Part shown: positions 7,939 through 18,576 of the stretch, piece by piece | How positions within the stretch are numbered: position 1 is the stretch's first letter | Layout of the letters: every line of letters begins with the position of its first letter | Origin: an uncultured Gammaproteobacteria bacterium | GTDB lineage: Bacteria > Patescibacteriota > Patescibacteriia > Magasanikbacterales > GWA2-37-8 | Assembly (NCBI GenBank): GCA_964624315.1 | Contig: CAZUWJ010000004.1 | Coordinates: 1-35,221 of the forward strand | Reading direction: 5' to 3' | DNA: 35,221 bases | Made by a program: the position numbers and the translations under genes | Notes under the pieces: generated by a model | What the model saw: the letters and a program-made list of their open reading frames with translations, nothing else | The model's database searches: none | Told to the model about the DNA's origin: nothing

Positions 7939-8520
7939 ATGAAAAAACAAGTTTTTATAATATCTGGACCAACTGGTAGTGGAGAAAGCACTATAACAAA
8001 AGCAATCTTGGAGAGGTTCCCCAACTTTAAAAGATTAGTTACTGCGACCACCAGAAAACCCAGGCTTGATGAAAAAGATAAAATTGATTATTATTTTTTT
8101 TCCAAAGAGAAATTTTTAGAGAAAGTAGATAAAGGTGATATTGTTGAGTATACCTATATAAAGAATCGTGATAGCTACTATGGTACTTATAAACCAAATC
8201 TGGAAGAGAATCTTAAAGCCGGATATGTTGTAGTCGTTAATGTTGATGGCGTGGGGGTGGATTTTTATAAAAGAAAATACGATGCAACGGCCATCTTTAT
8301 AAAACCAACATCACTTGAAGAATTGCGAGAACGATTACAGGCGAGAGAACCAGATATGGATCCAGTAGAGCTGAATAAAAGAATAGAGAATGCCAAATCC
8401 GAGATAAAAAATGAAGAGAAATTTTATGATTATGTGATATTTAATGAAAATGACAAGTTAGAAAAGGCAATTAGAGAGGTAGTGGAAGTGCTTAAAAAAG
8501 AGGATTATGAGCTTAAATAG
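7939..8520 (+). CDS. gmk: Guanylate kinase-like protein with atypical P-loop
   Basis: TTRKPR, DYYF, YYGT, FIKPTSLEELRERL; P-loop GPTGSGEST. Confidence 0.85.
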   Translation: MKKQVFIISGPTGSGESTITKAILERFPNFKRLVTATTRKPRLDEKDKIDYYFFSKEKFLEKVDKGDIVEYTYIKNRDSYYGTYKPNLEENLKAGYVVVVNVDGVGVDFYKRKYDATAIFIKPTSLEELRERLQAREPDMDPVELNKRIENAKSEIKNEEKFYDYVIFNENDKLEKAIREVVEVLKKEDYELK

Positions 8521-8536
8521 GAGTGAAAATCAAGGC

Positions 8537-8565
8537 TTGACAAAAAATCAATTTTAAGCTAAAAT
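8537..8565 (+). promoter_or_regulatory. Promoter for rplS
   Basis: TTGACA-17 bp-TAAAAT. Confidence 0.8.
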
Positions 8566-8599
8566 ATAGACCGCTTACATTTGCTAAAAATATTAAAAT

Positions 8600-8941
8600 A
8601 TGACTGAAGAAAAAAACAACCAACCGGAACAAAAATTAAATCCGGGAATGATAGTTAGGGTCCACCAAAAGATTAAAGAAACTAACACTAAGGGTGAAGA
8701 AAAAGAACGTATACAAATCTTTGAAGGAACCATACTTGCCGTAAAACACGGCCAAGAACCTGGAGCCACCATCACTGTTAGAAAAGTATCAAATGGTATC
8801 GGGGTAGAAAAAATATTCCCTATTTATTCACCAATAATTGATAAGGTAGAACTAGTTAGAGAATTCAGAGTAAGGAGAGCAAAACTAAACTATTTACGCG
8901 ATCCAAAATTTAAAAGAAAACTAAAAGAGACTTCAAAATAA
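8600..8941 (+). CDS. rplS: 50S ribosomal protein L19
   Basis: [35 protein letters not shown]. Confidence 0.97.
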   Translation: MTEEKNNQPEQKLNPGMIVRVHQKIKETNTKGEEKERIQIFEGTILAVKHGQEPGATITVRKVSNGIGVEKIFPIYSPIIDKVELVREFRVRRAKLNYLRDPKFKRKLKETSK

Positions 8942-8948
8942 AAATTTT

Positions 8949-8984
8949 AAAACACCTACTGATGTATTTCAGTAGGTGTTTTTT
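8949..8984 (+). terminator. Bidirectional terminator between rplS and uvrA
   Basis: AAAACACCTACTGA-TGTATT-TCAGTAGGTGTTTT. Confidence 0.88.
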
Positions 8985-9006
8985 GTTTTAAATAATTTTT
9001 ACAAAC

Positions 9007-9066
9007 TGTCACAAAAGATTCCTCCACTCCGTCCGCCTCCGTCGGCGGACTACGGTCGGAATGACA
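9007..9066. repeat. Partial REP-like element (right arm) with GTCCGCC/GGCGGAC insert
   Basis: TGTCA..AGATTCCTCCACTCC[GTCCGCCTCCGTCGGCGGAC]TACGGTCGGAATGACA. Confidence 0.7.
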
Positions 9067-9092
9067 ATAATTTTGAGTTTAATAACATAAAA

Positions 9093-11930
9093 TTACTTCA
9101 AATATTTCCCAGTCCAACTATTTTTTACTTTCGCTATGTCAGATGGAATTCCAGTAGCCACTATCTCTCCTCCAGCTCGTCCACCTTCTGGACCCAAATC
9201 TATTACCCAGTCAGAACATTTTATCAAATCTATATTATGTTCTATTACCAAAACAGTGTTACCCTTTTCAACTAAACGAGTCAAAACTCCAAGCAAATGG
9301 TTAACATCTTCAAAATGAAGGCCGGTTGTTGGTTCGTCTAAAATATATAAAGTTTGACCAGTGGAAGCACGAGCCAACTCTGTTGCCAGTTTAACTCTCT
9401 GAGCCTCACCACCAGACAAAGTAGTGGCTGGTTGACCTAGTTTAATATAACCCAAGCCAACTTCTCTTAAAACAGATAGTTTATTAGCAATGTTTGGGAT
9501 ATCAACAAAAAATCTGTATGCTTCTTCAGTTGTCATTTCTAACACTTCAGCAATACTACAACCACGATAATGTATTTCTAAAACATCTTGGTTATATCTA
9601 GTTCCTCCACAAACATCACAAGTAACATACACATCAGCTAAGAATTGCATCGGAATACGCACATAACCTTCACCAGCGCAGGCTTCACACCTACCACCAC
9701 CCTTAACATTAAAGCTAAACTTACCCGCGTCATAACGACGCATCTTGGCTTCTGGTAAATTTGCGTACAAATCCCTAATTAAAGTAAACACACCAGTATA
9801 AGTAGCTGGATTACTACGAGGAGTTCTACCAATTGGACTTTGATCAATCGCAATAACTTTATTAATGTTATTTATTCCTTTGATACTTTTATATTCGGCT
9901 GGCTCGTCTTTGGCTCTAAAAAAATGTTTAGACAAAGCTTTGCCTAAAATATCAACTATTAAAGTTGATTTGCCAGATCCTGAAACACCCGTAACACAAA
10001 CTAATTTGCCCAAAGGAATATCAACATCAATATTTTTTAAATTATTTCCTTTGGCTCCTTTAATACTAATAAACTTTGTTTTTTCAGAAGTTTTTTTCTT
10101 TTTTTTCTTATTTAAAATTTCTACTTTTTCTCTACCAGACAAATAACCAGCAGTGATTGAATTTTTATCATTTTTAATTTGAGACAAAGTACCAGCGGCA
10201 ACTATCTCTCCTCCCAAAACACCCGCTCCTGGCCCGACATCTACAATATAGTCAGCTTCAACCATCATAGCTGGATCATGTTCTACCACTATCACACTAT
10301 TCCCCAAATTACGCAGATACTTTAAAGTTTCTATTAATTTTTGATTATCTCTCGAATGCAACCCAACTGAAGGTTCATCTAACACATAAATAACTCCGGA
10401 CAATCCAGCCGACAACTGAGTTGATAAACGAACTCTAGTTACTTCTCCGCCAGATAATGTATTTAAAGATCTATCTAAACTTAAATACCCCAAACCAACT
10501 TGATCTAAATTATTTAATCTAACTATCAATTCTTTTAAAATTGGTTCAGCTACATTAAAATGTTCAAAATTATTTTTATTTTTATACAGCAAATCTAAAG
10601 CTAATTTAATTTCTGAAATATTCATCTGAGTCATATCAGAAATATTATAATCTCCAATTCTAACTGCTAATGATTCTTTTTTTAATCTCTTACCTAAGCA
10701 TACTGGACAAACCATTTCTCTCATATAATTTTCTATTTCTTTCCTGACATAATCTGATTTAGTTTCCAAATGACGATTAGTCAGATCAGAAACAACCCCT
10801 ATAAAAGGAGCCTCTTTCCCTCCAATTTTATACAACTCTTCCCCAGTACCTTGCATCAAAATATCCATCTGATCTGAAGTAAAATCTTCTATCGGAACAT
10901 CCAAAGGTAAGTCGTGTTTTAGGGAAACTTCTAATAAAATTCTTTGATACCAACTTTGATTGCCCGTTATTCGAGTCCAGGGTTGAACCGCTCCTTGGGC
11001 CAAAGTTAATTTTGGATTAGGAACTACTAGCTCAGAATCAACCACCATTGTTTTCCCCAGGCCAGTACAACGAGGACAGGCCCCATAAGGACTATTAAAA
11101 CTAAAACTACGCATATCCAAATCTTCCATTTTATAACTACATTTTAAACAAACGCCAAATACAGAATAAGTTTTTATTTTATTTTTATCAAAAAGAAATT
11201 TTACTGAACCATTGCTCAAATCCAAAGCATATTCAATTGACTTGGTTAAATTTTGATTTTTTGAGTCTAAAACTTTTTCAATTACCAAATCAATACTATA
11301 TTTTTTCTTTTTATCAAATTTGACTTTAGCAAAATCATGTATCTTTAATATTTCATTGTCTAATCTAATTTTTTCTAAACCAGATTTTTCTATTTGATCT
11401 AAAACAATTTTTCCATCCACAAAATCATTCTGAATCAAGGGAGACAAAATTATTATTTCTTTATAATCTCTAAAAATTTTCTTAGCTTGCTCAATTATTT
11501 TACCAGCTGTATTTTTAACTACTTTTTCTCCGCAATCAGGACAATACTGCGTACCAGCTCGGGCAAACAATAACCTCAAATAATCATAAATCTCCGTAGC
11601 AGTTCCAACGGTAGAACGAGGATTTTGAGCATTAATTTTTTGGTCAATCGCAATTGTAGGAGATAAACCATCCATTTTATCCACATCAGGTTTATCGCGA
11701 ACTTCCATGAACTGACGGGCGTAAGAAGACAAACTTTCAGCATAACGCCTTTGACCCTCAGCATAAATAGTGTCAAAAGCCAAAGAAGACTTTCCAGAAC
11801 CAGACAAGCCCGTGATTACCACGAGCTTGTTTTTGGGAATTTCAATATTAACGTTCTTAAGATTGTGTACTCTAGCACCTTTTATGATGATTTTATCGTG
11901 AACTAAACTTGAAGTTTGTTTAGAAGCCAT
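9093..11930 (-). CDS. uvrA: Excinuclease ABC subunit A
   Basis: [32 protein letters not shown], zinc fingers, [12 protein letters not shown]. Confidence 0.98.
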   Translation of the reverse strand: MASKQTSSLVHDKIIIKGARVHNLKNVNIEIPKNKLVVITGLSGSGKSSLAFDTIYAEGQRRYAESLSSYARQFMEVRDKPDVDKMDGLSPTIAIDQKINAQNPRSTVGTATEIYDYLRLLFARAGTQYCPDCGEKVVKNTAGKIIEQAKKIFRDYKEIIILSPLIQNDFVDGKIVLDQIEKSGLEKIRLDNEILKIHDFAKVKFDKKKKYSIDLVIEKVLDSKNQNLTKSIEYALDLSNGSVKFLFDKNKIKTYSVFGVCLKCSYKMEDLDMRSFSFNSPYGACPRCTGLGKTMVVDSELVVPNPKLTLAQGAVQPWTRITGNQSWYQRILLEVSLKHDLPLDVPIEDFTSDQMDILMQGTGEELYKIGGKEAPFIGVVSDLTNRHLETKSDYVRKEIENYMREMVCPVCLGKRLKKESLAVRIGDYNISDMTQMNISEIKLALDLLYKNKNNFEHFNVAEPILKELIVRLNNLDQVGLGYLSLDRSLNTLSGGEVTRVRLSTQLSAGLSGVIYVLDEPSVGLHSRDNQKLIETLKYLRNLGNSVIVVEHDPAMMVEADYIVDVGPGAGVLGGEIVAAGTLSQIKNDKNSITAGYLSGREKVEILNKKKKKKTSEKTKFISIKGAKGNNLKNIDVDIPLGKLVCVTGVSGSGKSTLIVDILGKALSKHFFRAKDEPAEYKSIKGINNINKVIAIDQSPIGRTPRSNPATYTGVFTLIRDLYANLPEAKMRRYDAGKFSFNVKGGGRCEACAGEGYVRIPMQFLADVYVTCDVCGGTRYNQDVLEIHYRGCSIAEVLEMTTEEAYRFFVDIPNIANKLSVLREVGLGYIKLGQPATTLSGGEAQRVKLATELARASTGQTLYILDEPTTGLHFEDVNHLLGVLTRLVEKGNTVLVIEHNIDLIKCSDWVIDLGPEGGRAGGEIVATGIPSDIAKVKNSWTGKYLK

Positions 11931-11962
11931 AAGTTTTTACCTAATGTTTATACTAAGTAAAA

Positions 11963-11991
11963 ATTATAGCAGGTTTTTGGGAGGAAGTCAA
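11963..11991 (-). promoter_or_regulatory. Promoter for uvrA
   Basis: Minus strand TTGACT-17 bp-TATAAT with extended TGn. Confidence 0.8.
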
Positions 11992-11995
11992 GGTT

Positions 11996-13477
11996 TTAAT
12001 CTACATCAGGAATATTAGCTACATCTAGATTTAATATATAACCACGCTTTAGTTGTGGAATTGTAATAAAAAAATCATCACCAAAACTACCTTCTAACTC
12101 ACTAACAGAGCCAGCATATATAAAAGCTGCATATCCAACCATGTACGACCCCAATGGCCCTCCCGCTATAAAACCCGCAACAAGACCAACTGCGGTCCAT
12201 CCAGTACGTGAAATTACACCCATATCACTTCCATTACCGCCTACTAAATGTATCTCATCAATACCCTCGCAAGCTTCATCTAAATACAATTTCAAAATAA
12301 AACCCCTAGTTTTATCTGCCCCGCCACATTTAGATTTTACCAAGCTATTAATATTCTTCGATTTTAAACCTTCTACAAACCAAACGTTGCTAGTTTTATC
12401 ATCTAATATTGGCTCTACTTCAATGTTACCAACTTCAGAAACAGAGTTATCTGTACATACTAATAATAACTTACTATCACTAGCGATAAAAGGCTTAACC
12501 CAACCCTCCGGAGAAAAATAGGAACAATCTGGAGGTAATATATAATTTCCATAAACCCTGCCACCCAAAACAGAATCCTCACAAGTATATTCCCAACCAT
12601 TTGTTCCAGACTTCCTCTGAGAAGCCAAACACAACCCGCCTTTGGGTTCTAAACCATTTTCACCAGAACAATAATGTCCTTTACATGTATTACTACCACC
12701 AGTATTAACATAATAAGTTTCATTACAATAAAGAGCATCTGTGAGTGGGGCAAAATTACCCAAAACATCATTACGTTCAATATATATATCATACAAACGT
12801 CGAAAATCAGGAAGATCCTTATACTTAATCTTTTTACCCGTGTCATCATATGCTGAGATAACAGTAGCGGTCAAAGCTTCTTTATCACTTATAATATCAC
12901 GACAAAACTCTGTCATCATTTTTTGTTCTTTAACCATAAATACTTGTGGCAACCTCAAATTTACAAAAGCCGGATTAATAGTATTTAAAATAAAATAAGA
13001 AGCATAGGCAATAAATAAACCCACCACTGCTCCTCCGATTCTTTTTTTAGAAGCACCTATAATACTCTGATTACCGCCGGACAATAGCCACTGCAAACCA
13101 GCAATCATAATAACTATTACTGCCAAAATAGAAGCCGCCCCTAAAGCAAAGTTATAAACCGTTTTAATAAAATCTGGCGCATTTTCAAAAACATTTTTAC
13201 CCCCAATAGCTATAGAAGTCTTAACTACGCTGGCTGGCAAACATTTACCCCATCGATTGTTAAGAGCAATACTTCCCCCTTTAAAACCAGTACAAGGATA
13301 CTCTTGTAAAAAACTTTCGTGTAATTTCGTGTTGGGTTGCCCCAACTTGGCTCTTTGATTTTTACAATCTTTATAAGTCCAGCAAAGGGGATTAAGTTCT
13401 GGAGAAACCGTTACCCCCAAAACTACACTCGGAACAAGCAAAGTAAAAATTAAAAATAATAAAATAATTTTTTTCAT
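11996..13477 (-). CDS. CPR-type VirB2/TrbC-like pilin with Cys-rich extension
   Basis: Signal peptide; LAVIVIMIAGLQWLLSGGN...SKKRIGGAVVGL...ILNTINP core; 14 Cys. Confidence 0.75.
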   Translation of the reverse strand: MKKIILLFLIFTLLVPSVVLGVTVSPELNPLCWTYKDCKNQRAKLGQPNTKLHESFLQEYPCTGFKGGSIALNNRWGKCLPASVVKTSIAIGGKNVFENAPDFIKTVYNFALGAASILAVIVIMIAGLQWLLSGGNQSIIGASKKRIGGAVVGLFIAYASYFILNTINPAFVNLRLPQVFMVKEQKMMTEFCRDIISDKEALTATVISAYDDTGKKIKYKDLPDFRRLYDIYIERNDVLGNFAPLTDALYCNETYYVNTGGSNTCKGHYCSGENGLEPKGGLCLASQRKSGTNGWEYTCEDSVLGGRVYGNYILPPDCSYFSPEGWVKPFIASDSKLLLVCTDNSVSEVGNIEVEPILDDKTSNVWFVEGLKSKNINSLVKSKCGGADKTRGFILKLYLDEACEGIDEIHLVGGNGSDMGVISRTGWTAVGLVAGFIAGGPLGSYMVGYAAFIYAGSVSELEGSFGDDFFITIPQLKRGYILNLDVANIPDVD

Positions 13478-13480
13478 AAA

Positions 13481-14218
13481 TTAAATTTTGGATAAATAAT
13501 CTTTTAAAGAATCTAAGGGTAGGGCCCCTCCTGCTTTAACGCCGTTTATAAAAGTAGTTGGAGTACCTTCTGCCCCAAATTTTATACCATCAGCATAGTC
13601 TTTATTAATTGTTAAATTAGTCTGGCTAGAAACATAACAATTTTCTAATTCACTCTTATTCAAATTCAAATCAAGGGCATATCCACCTATAAAATTAAGG
13701 TCAACAGTCTCAGGTAAAATATCTTGATTTTCATAAAAATATTTAAAAGCCAAATAATATTTTCCTTGATTATAACTACACTCAACTAATTTAGATATAT
13801 TATTACTACCAGCATATAATGATTCTACTGGAAAATGCCTAAATACAACTTTTACTTTACTCGGATATTCTGAAATAACCTGAGAAATTGTTTGGCTATA
13901 CTCTTTACAATATGGACATTTGTAATCCAAAAAAACAACCATCTCAATTGGCGCATCAGCCATCCCCATATAAGGACGATTGAGACCAGTAATATCTGCC
14001 TTATTGCCACCCTCTACCAAATAGATGCTATCTGTATTATAAAAATAAGACTGCAAAACCTCACCTTGCCCATGTGTAATTTTCCAATAAAAATTAAAAA
14101 CCATAGCTCCTAAAGCTAATGATAAAGCTGAAATTAAAATAACAAAAAATACCAAAATAATCCCCCAAGTTTTTTGGTACCAATGTAATTTTTTATGTAT
14201 ATCTACTTCTTCATTCAT
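13481..14218 (-). CDS. Membrane-anchored DsbA/BdbD-like oxidoreductase
   Basis: FLDYKCPYC, VFRHFP, GTPTTFING; start inferred from the extended -10 (TGGTATAAT) at 14229-14237. Confidence 0.88.
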   Translation of the reverse strand: MNEEVDIHKKLHWYQKTWGIILVFFVILISALSLALGAMVFNFYWKITHGQGEVLQSYFYNTDSIYLVEGGNKADITGLNRPYMGMADAPIEMVVFLDYKCPYCKEYSQTISQVISEYPSKVKVVFRHFPVESLYAGSNNISKLVECSYNQGKYYLAFKYFYENQDILPETVDLNFIGGYALDLNLNKSELENCYVSSQTNLTINKDYADGIKFGAEGTPTTFINGVKAGGALPLDSLKDYLSKI

Positions 14219-14265
14219 ACTCATATACATTATACCAAAAAAAATAAAATATAGCACCCCCTTGA

Positions 14266-14294
14266 TTGACATAACAAACACTTTGTGATATAAT
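14266..14294 (+). promoter_or_regulatory. Consensus promoter for secG
   Basis: TTGACA-17 bp-TATAAT. Confidence 0.88.
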
Positions 14295-14324
14295 TTAAAT
14301 GTTTTAAAAATGAAATAAACAAAT

Positions 14325-14543
14325 ATGCATTCACTAATAATGGACATTTCTCAACTAATTTTGGCTATAATACTAGTTATAGCGATTTTATTACAACAAA
14401 AAGGTTCTGGCATGGGAGCTGCTTTCGGCGGTTCTAGCAATGTTTACAGCACCAAAAGAGGTGCAGACAAAATACTACATAACGCTACTATCGTTATATC
14501 TATTTTATTTTTTGGTCTTTCACTTGCCAGACTACTCTTCTAA
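14325..14543 (+). CDS. secG: Preprotein translocase SecG
   Basis: ILLQQKGSGMGAAFGG..STKRGADKIL; two TM helices. Confidence 0.93.
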   Translation: MHSLIMDISQLILAIILVIAILLQQKGSGMGAAFGGSSNVYSTKRGADKILHNATIVISILFFGLSLARLLF

Positions 14544-14548
14544 AATCC

Positions 14549-16498
14549 ATGAATTGGAAAAAAAAATTCCTGCATTTAAAAACCCGCAAAAAGCCGTTTA
14601 ACCAAAGATTAGACGAACGGCTTCTTAAGAATATCTCAGATAAAAAAATTCCTAATTTACAACAAATTAAGCATGCTTTTAAATTTTTAAACTCTTTAGA
14701 AAAAAAGATTGTTTATATTTGTTTAGGCATCGCTACTATCAGCTCACTTTTATGGTTAATATTTTTTATTAATAATAATTTGGTAGAAATACCAAAAACA
14801 GGCGGAGAATACATAGAAGCAGTAGTTGGACAACCAAAAAATATTAATCCTCTCTTTTCTAGTACTAATGATGTTGACGCTGATTTAACTTCTTTGGTAT
14901 ATTCAGGTTTATTTAAAATTGATGAAAATAATAAAATAGCACCTGACCTAGCTTATGAATATATACTAAGCGAAGACCAAAAAATATATACCATTAAATT
15001 AAGAGAAGATATATACTGGCACGACAAAGAAAAATTTGATGCCACTGATGTATTATTTACCCTTGGCACTATCCAAGATATTACTGTTGGTAGTCCTCTG
15101 TCCCCTGCTTTTCAGGGAGTAAAAATAGAAAAAATAGATGACTTTACCGTATCATTTACCCTGCAAGAACCATTCACCCCATTTTTAAATAGTCTAACAG
15201 TTGGAATATTGCCAGAACATATTTGGAACCAAGTAACTCCAGCCAATATAAAATTAGCAAAAAATAATTTACAACCAATCGGAACAGGAGCTTGGAAATT
15301 TAATAAACTAGTCAAAGATGATTCTGGAAATATACAAACTTATATTTTAATCCAAAACGAATCATACTATAAAGAAATCCCTTATTTAAAAACTTTAATA
15401 TTCAAATTTTACCAAACTTACGAACAAGCTCTGGACGCACTTCGTAATGAAAATGTAAAAGCCATTAGTTTTTTGCCTAGAAAATATAAAGATAAAATTC
15501 CAGGTAAAGAATTCAATCTTTATCAATTACAACTACCCCAATACACATCTATTTTCTTTAATCAAAAACAAAATAGCCACTTAAAAGACTACGACTTAAG
15601 ATTGGCTTTAGCTCTATCCATAGATAAAGAAAAAATATTAAAAGAAAGCTTACAAGATGAAGGCGAAGTAATTTATTCTCCAGTTTTAAAAAATGAAATT
15701 GGCTATTACCCAGAAATAGAAAAAATGGGATTAGACATTGATAGAGCCAATGAATTATTAGATGAAACTTGGAACAAAATTCAACCTGAAGAATATTTTG
15801 AAGCGAGTAAGCAAGAAAAATTTGTCGGTTATGAAGAAGAAATAAAAAATATAAAAGAAAACCCTAGCTCAACCCCCGAAATGGTTTCTACTACACTAGA
15901 CAACATAAATCAAGAAATAGAAAAGACTGCCAGAGAAGAAATGAATGCTAACCAAAGTTTTTATAGAAAAAACAAAGAAGGCGACATTTTAAAAATTACT
16001 ATTACCACAGCTGACACTGAGCAATATATTACTGCCGCTGAATTAATTGCTTCAATGTGGCGCAAAATCGGAGTTTATACTACCGTGCAATCAGTATCTA
16101 GCAAGCTAATTAACAAAGATACTATCAAAGAAAGAAGCTACGAAATTTTGCTTTATGCTGAAATAATAGGTAGTGACCCAGATCTTTTTCCTTTTTGGCA
16201 TTCATCTCAAATAAATTATCCAGGTTTAAATTTATCAATGTTCTCTGACAAGGATGCTGATAAATATTTAGAAAATGCTCGCACTGCCACCGATGATGAA
16301 ACCCGTGATGAACTTTATAAAAAATTTCAAGATTTACTAATAGAAAAATTGCCAGCCATATTTTTATACACTCCAAATTATAATTTTATTGCTAGCAAAG
16401 AATTAAACGGTCTAGAAACAAAATATATCTCTTCCCCTTCGGACAGATACAGTGACATCAACAATTGGTATATAAAAACCAAAAAAAGCTGGGAATAA
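14549..16498 (+). CDS. ABC substrate-binding protein family 5 (OppA-like), TM-anchored
   Basis: LVYSGL, PDLA, LREDIYWHD, DVLFT, ILPEHIW, PIGTGAW. Confidence 0.88.
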   Translation: MNWKKKFLHLKTRKKPFNQRLDERLLKNISDKKIPNLQQIKHAFKFLNSLEKKIVYICLGIATISSLLWLIFFINNNLVEIPKTGGEYIEAVVGQPKNINPLFSSTNDVDADLTSLVYSGLFKIDENNKIAPDLAYEYILSEDQKIYTIKLREDIYWHDKEKFDATDVLFTLGTIQDITVGSPLSPAFQGVKIEKIDDFTVSFTLQEPFTPFLNSLTVGILPEHIWNQVTPANIKLAKNNLQPIGTGAWKFNKLVKDDSGNIQTYILIQNESYYKEIPYLKTLIFKFYQTYEQALDALRNENVKAISFLPRKYKDKIPGKEFNLYQLQLPQYTSIFFNQKQNSHLKDYDLRLALALSIDKEKILKESLQDEGEVIYSPVLKNEIGYYPEIEKMGLDIDRANELLDETWNKIQPEEYFEASKQEKFVGYEEEIKNIKENPSSTPEMVSTTLDNINQEIEKTAREEMNANQSFYRKNKEGDILKITITTADTEQYITAAELIASMWRKIGVYTTVQSVSSKLINKDTIKERSYEILLYAEIIGSDPDLFPFWHSSQINYPGLNLSMFSDKDADKYLENARTATDDETRDELYKKFQDLLIEKLPAIFLYTPNYNFIASKELNGLETKYISSPSDRYSDINNWYIKTKKSWE

Positions 16499-16567
16499 AT
16501 TCCCTACAATTTATAAAAAATAAAAAGCCTTTTAAAAGGCAATCTTCATTTAATTATTAATACTATT

Positions 16568-18364
16568 ATGATACCCTCAAAGAGTAAAACAGGTACTAAG
16601 CCTGCCAGAAACAAACGGTCTTATGGCACGAGACCTCCAAACAACAAGATGCCAATAAAAAAATACACAAAAGCCAGACCATCATTCGCTAGATTCAAAA
16701 AAAATAAATTGAGGATAGCGGTCTTGGGCGGTTTAGAAGAAGTAGGACGCAACTGTACTATGTTCGAATATGGCAATGATATTGTAATCGTTGACTTAGG
16801 CCTGCAATTTCCAGAAGAAGACATGCCTGGGATTGATTATATTATTCCAAATATGAGCTACCTCAAAGGTAAAGAAAAAAATATAAAAGGAATTATTATA
16901 ACCCATGCTCATTACGATCACATCGGTGGTATCCCTCATATAATTCCTAAACTAGGCTATCCCCCAATGTATGGGCTACCTTTAACTAACGCCATTATCA
17001 AAAAACGCCAAGAAGATTACAAGGATTTAAAACCTTTAAATATTCACACCGTTAAAATTGATGATAAATTAAAATTAGGCAGTTTTGAAATTGAATTTTT
17101 TCACCTAAATCACAATATCCCAGATTCAATGGGGGTATTGATCAGAACTCCAGAAGGCAATGTAGTGCATACTGGTGATTGGAAATTTGATTATCAACCA
17201 GTCAGCGGAGAAAAACCAGCTGACTTACAAAAAATAGCCCGACTTGGTAGCGAAGGAATTATGGCCTTACTTAGTGACTCAACTAACGCCTCTCAAACCG
17301 GTCATCAAATATCAGAAATGGAAATTGGAAATAATTTAGATGACATTATATCCAAAGCGCCAGGCAGAATAATAATCGGAACTTTTGCCTCTCTTTTATC
17401 TCGTATAAAACAAATTATTGAAGCCGCTGAAAAACAAGGCAAAGTAATTGCGCTCGATGGTTATAGTATGAAAAATAACGTAGCCATTGCCAAAGAGTTA
17501 GGCTACATGAAATTTTCGCCAAAAATATTAATAGATCTCAGAAAAATAAACAACTACCCACCTAATAAAGTAGTAGTCGTTTGTACCGGTGCTCAAGGAG
17601 AAAAAAACGCATCTTTAATGCGTATTGCCAACGGAGAACATCGTACTATCACCCTAATACCAGGTGACACAATTATTTTTTCATCTTCTGTTATTCCTGG
17701 TAATGAAAGAACTGTCCAAAGACTAAAAGATACTTTGTTTAGAAAAGGTGCTGAAGTTATTCATTATCAAATGATGGATGTTCACGCTGGCGGACATGCC
17801 AAGGCTGATGATGTAAAATTAATGATCAGACTATTAAACCCAAAATATTTTGTCCCAATTGAAGGTAATCACTTTTTGCTTCACTACAACGCCAAAGTCG
17901 CCGAAGAAATGGGTATTGATAAAAAGAATTGTTTTATTGCTGACAACGGACAGGTGATGGAATTTGAAAATGGAGCAGGTACTTTAACACAAGAAAAATT
18001 ACCATCCGATTACGTATTTGTTGACGGCCTGGGCGTAAGTGACGAAACTCACATAGTATTGCGCGACAGACAAGTATTGGCCGAAGACGGAATGGTTGTG
18101 GTGATTGTAACGATTGATTCAAAAACTGGACAACTAGTCCAAAACCCAGACATTATTTCTCGTGGATTTATCTTTTTAAAAGAGAACAGGCAACTAATTG
18201 AAGACTTACGACACAAAGTAAAAAAGCTAATAGTAGATTCTGATCCCCTTTCTTGGGCTGATACTAACTATATCAAAAATAAAATCAGAAATTACGTTGG
18301 CCAGTTCTTATTTACCAAGACTGAAAAACGTCCGATGATTTTACCGGTTGTTATTGAAGTGTAA
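16568..18364 (+). CDS. rnj: Ribonuclease J
   Basis: LGGLEEVGRN, THAHYDHIG, HTGDWK, CTGAQGE, HAGGH, RPMILPV. Confidence 0.96.
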   Translation: MIPSKSKTGTKPARNKRSYGTRPPNNKMPIKKYTKARPSFARFKKNKLRIAVLGGLEEVGRNCTMFEYGNDIVIVDLGLQFPEEDMPGIDYIIPNMSYLKGKEKNIKGIIITHAHYDHIGGIPHIIPKLGYPPMYGLPLTNAIIKKRQEDYKDLKPLNIHTVKIDDKLKLGSFEIEFFHLNHNIPDSMGVLIRTPEGNVVHTGDWKFDYQPVSGEKPADLQKIARLGSEGIMALLSDSTNASQTGHQISEMEIGNNLDDIISKAPGRIIIGTFASLLSRIKQIIEAAEKQGKVIALDGYSMKNNVAIAKELGYMKFSPKILIDLRKINNYPPNKVVVVCTGAQGEKNASLMRIANGEHRTITLIPGDTIIFSSSVIPGNERTVQRLKDTLFRKGAEVIHYQMMDVHAGGHAKADDVKLMIRLLNPKYFVPIEGNHFLLHYNAKVAEEMGIDKKNCFIADNGQVMEFENGAGTLTQEKLPSDYVFVDGLGVSDETHIVLRDRQVLAEDGMVVVIVTIDSKTGQLVQNPDIISRGFIFLKENRQLIEDLRHKVKKLIVDSDPLSWADTNYIKNKIRNYVGQFLFTKTEKRPMILPVVIEV

Positions 18365-18379
18365 AATATTAAAATTTTT

Positions 18380-18420
18380 AAAAAGAACAGCTCGTTAAAA
18401 AAAACGACTGTTCTTTTTTT
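18380..18420 (+). terminator. Intrinsic terminator after rnj
   Basis: AAAAAGAACAG(C)TCGTT...AACGACTGTTCTTTTTTT. Confidence 0.8.
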
Positions 18421-18484
18421 AAATCAATAAATGCTGTATAATGATAATAGTCTTTAAAAAAATTTACCACTCGCTATTATTCAC

Positions 18485-18560
18485 TGTCATCCCCGCGAAA
18501 GTGGGGATCCAGAGGGCAAACTGTGTTAACTCCTAGATTCCCGCTTTCGCGGGAATGACA
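18485..18560. repeat. REP-like palindromic element class B
   Basis: TGTCATCCCCGCGAAAGTGGGGATCCAG-20 nt-CTAGATTCCCGCTTTCGCGGGAATGACA. Confidence 0.9.
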
Positions 18561-18576
18561 TAACTATTATTTTAAT

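Noticed and set aside
8976-9275. 99-aa plus-strand ORF
   Set aside because: Starts inside a terminator, runs through a REP relic and is antisense to uvrA
14219-14347. Long N-terminal extension of the DsbA ORF
   Set aside because: Overlaps both divergent promoters and the secG start; a downstream ATG fits better
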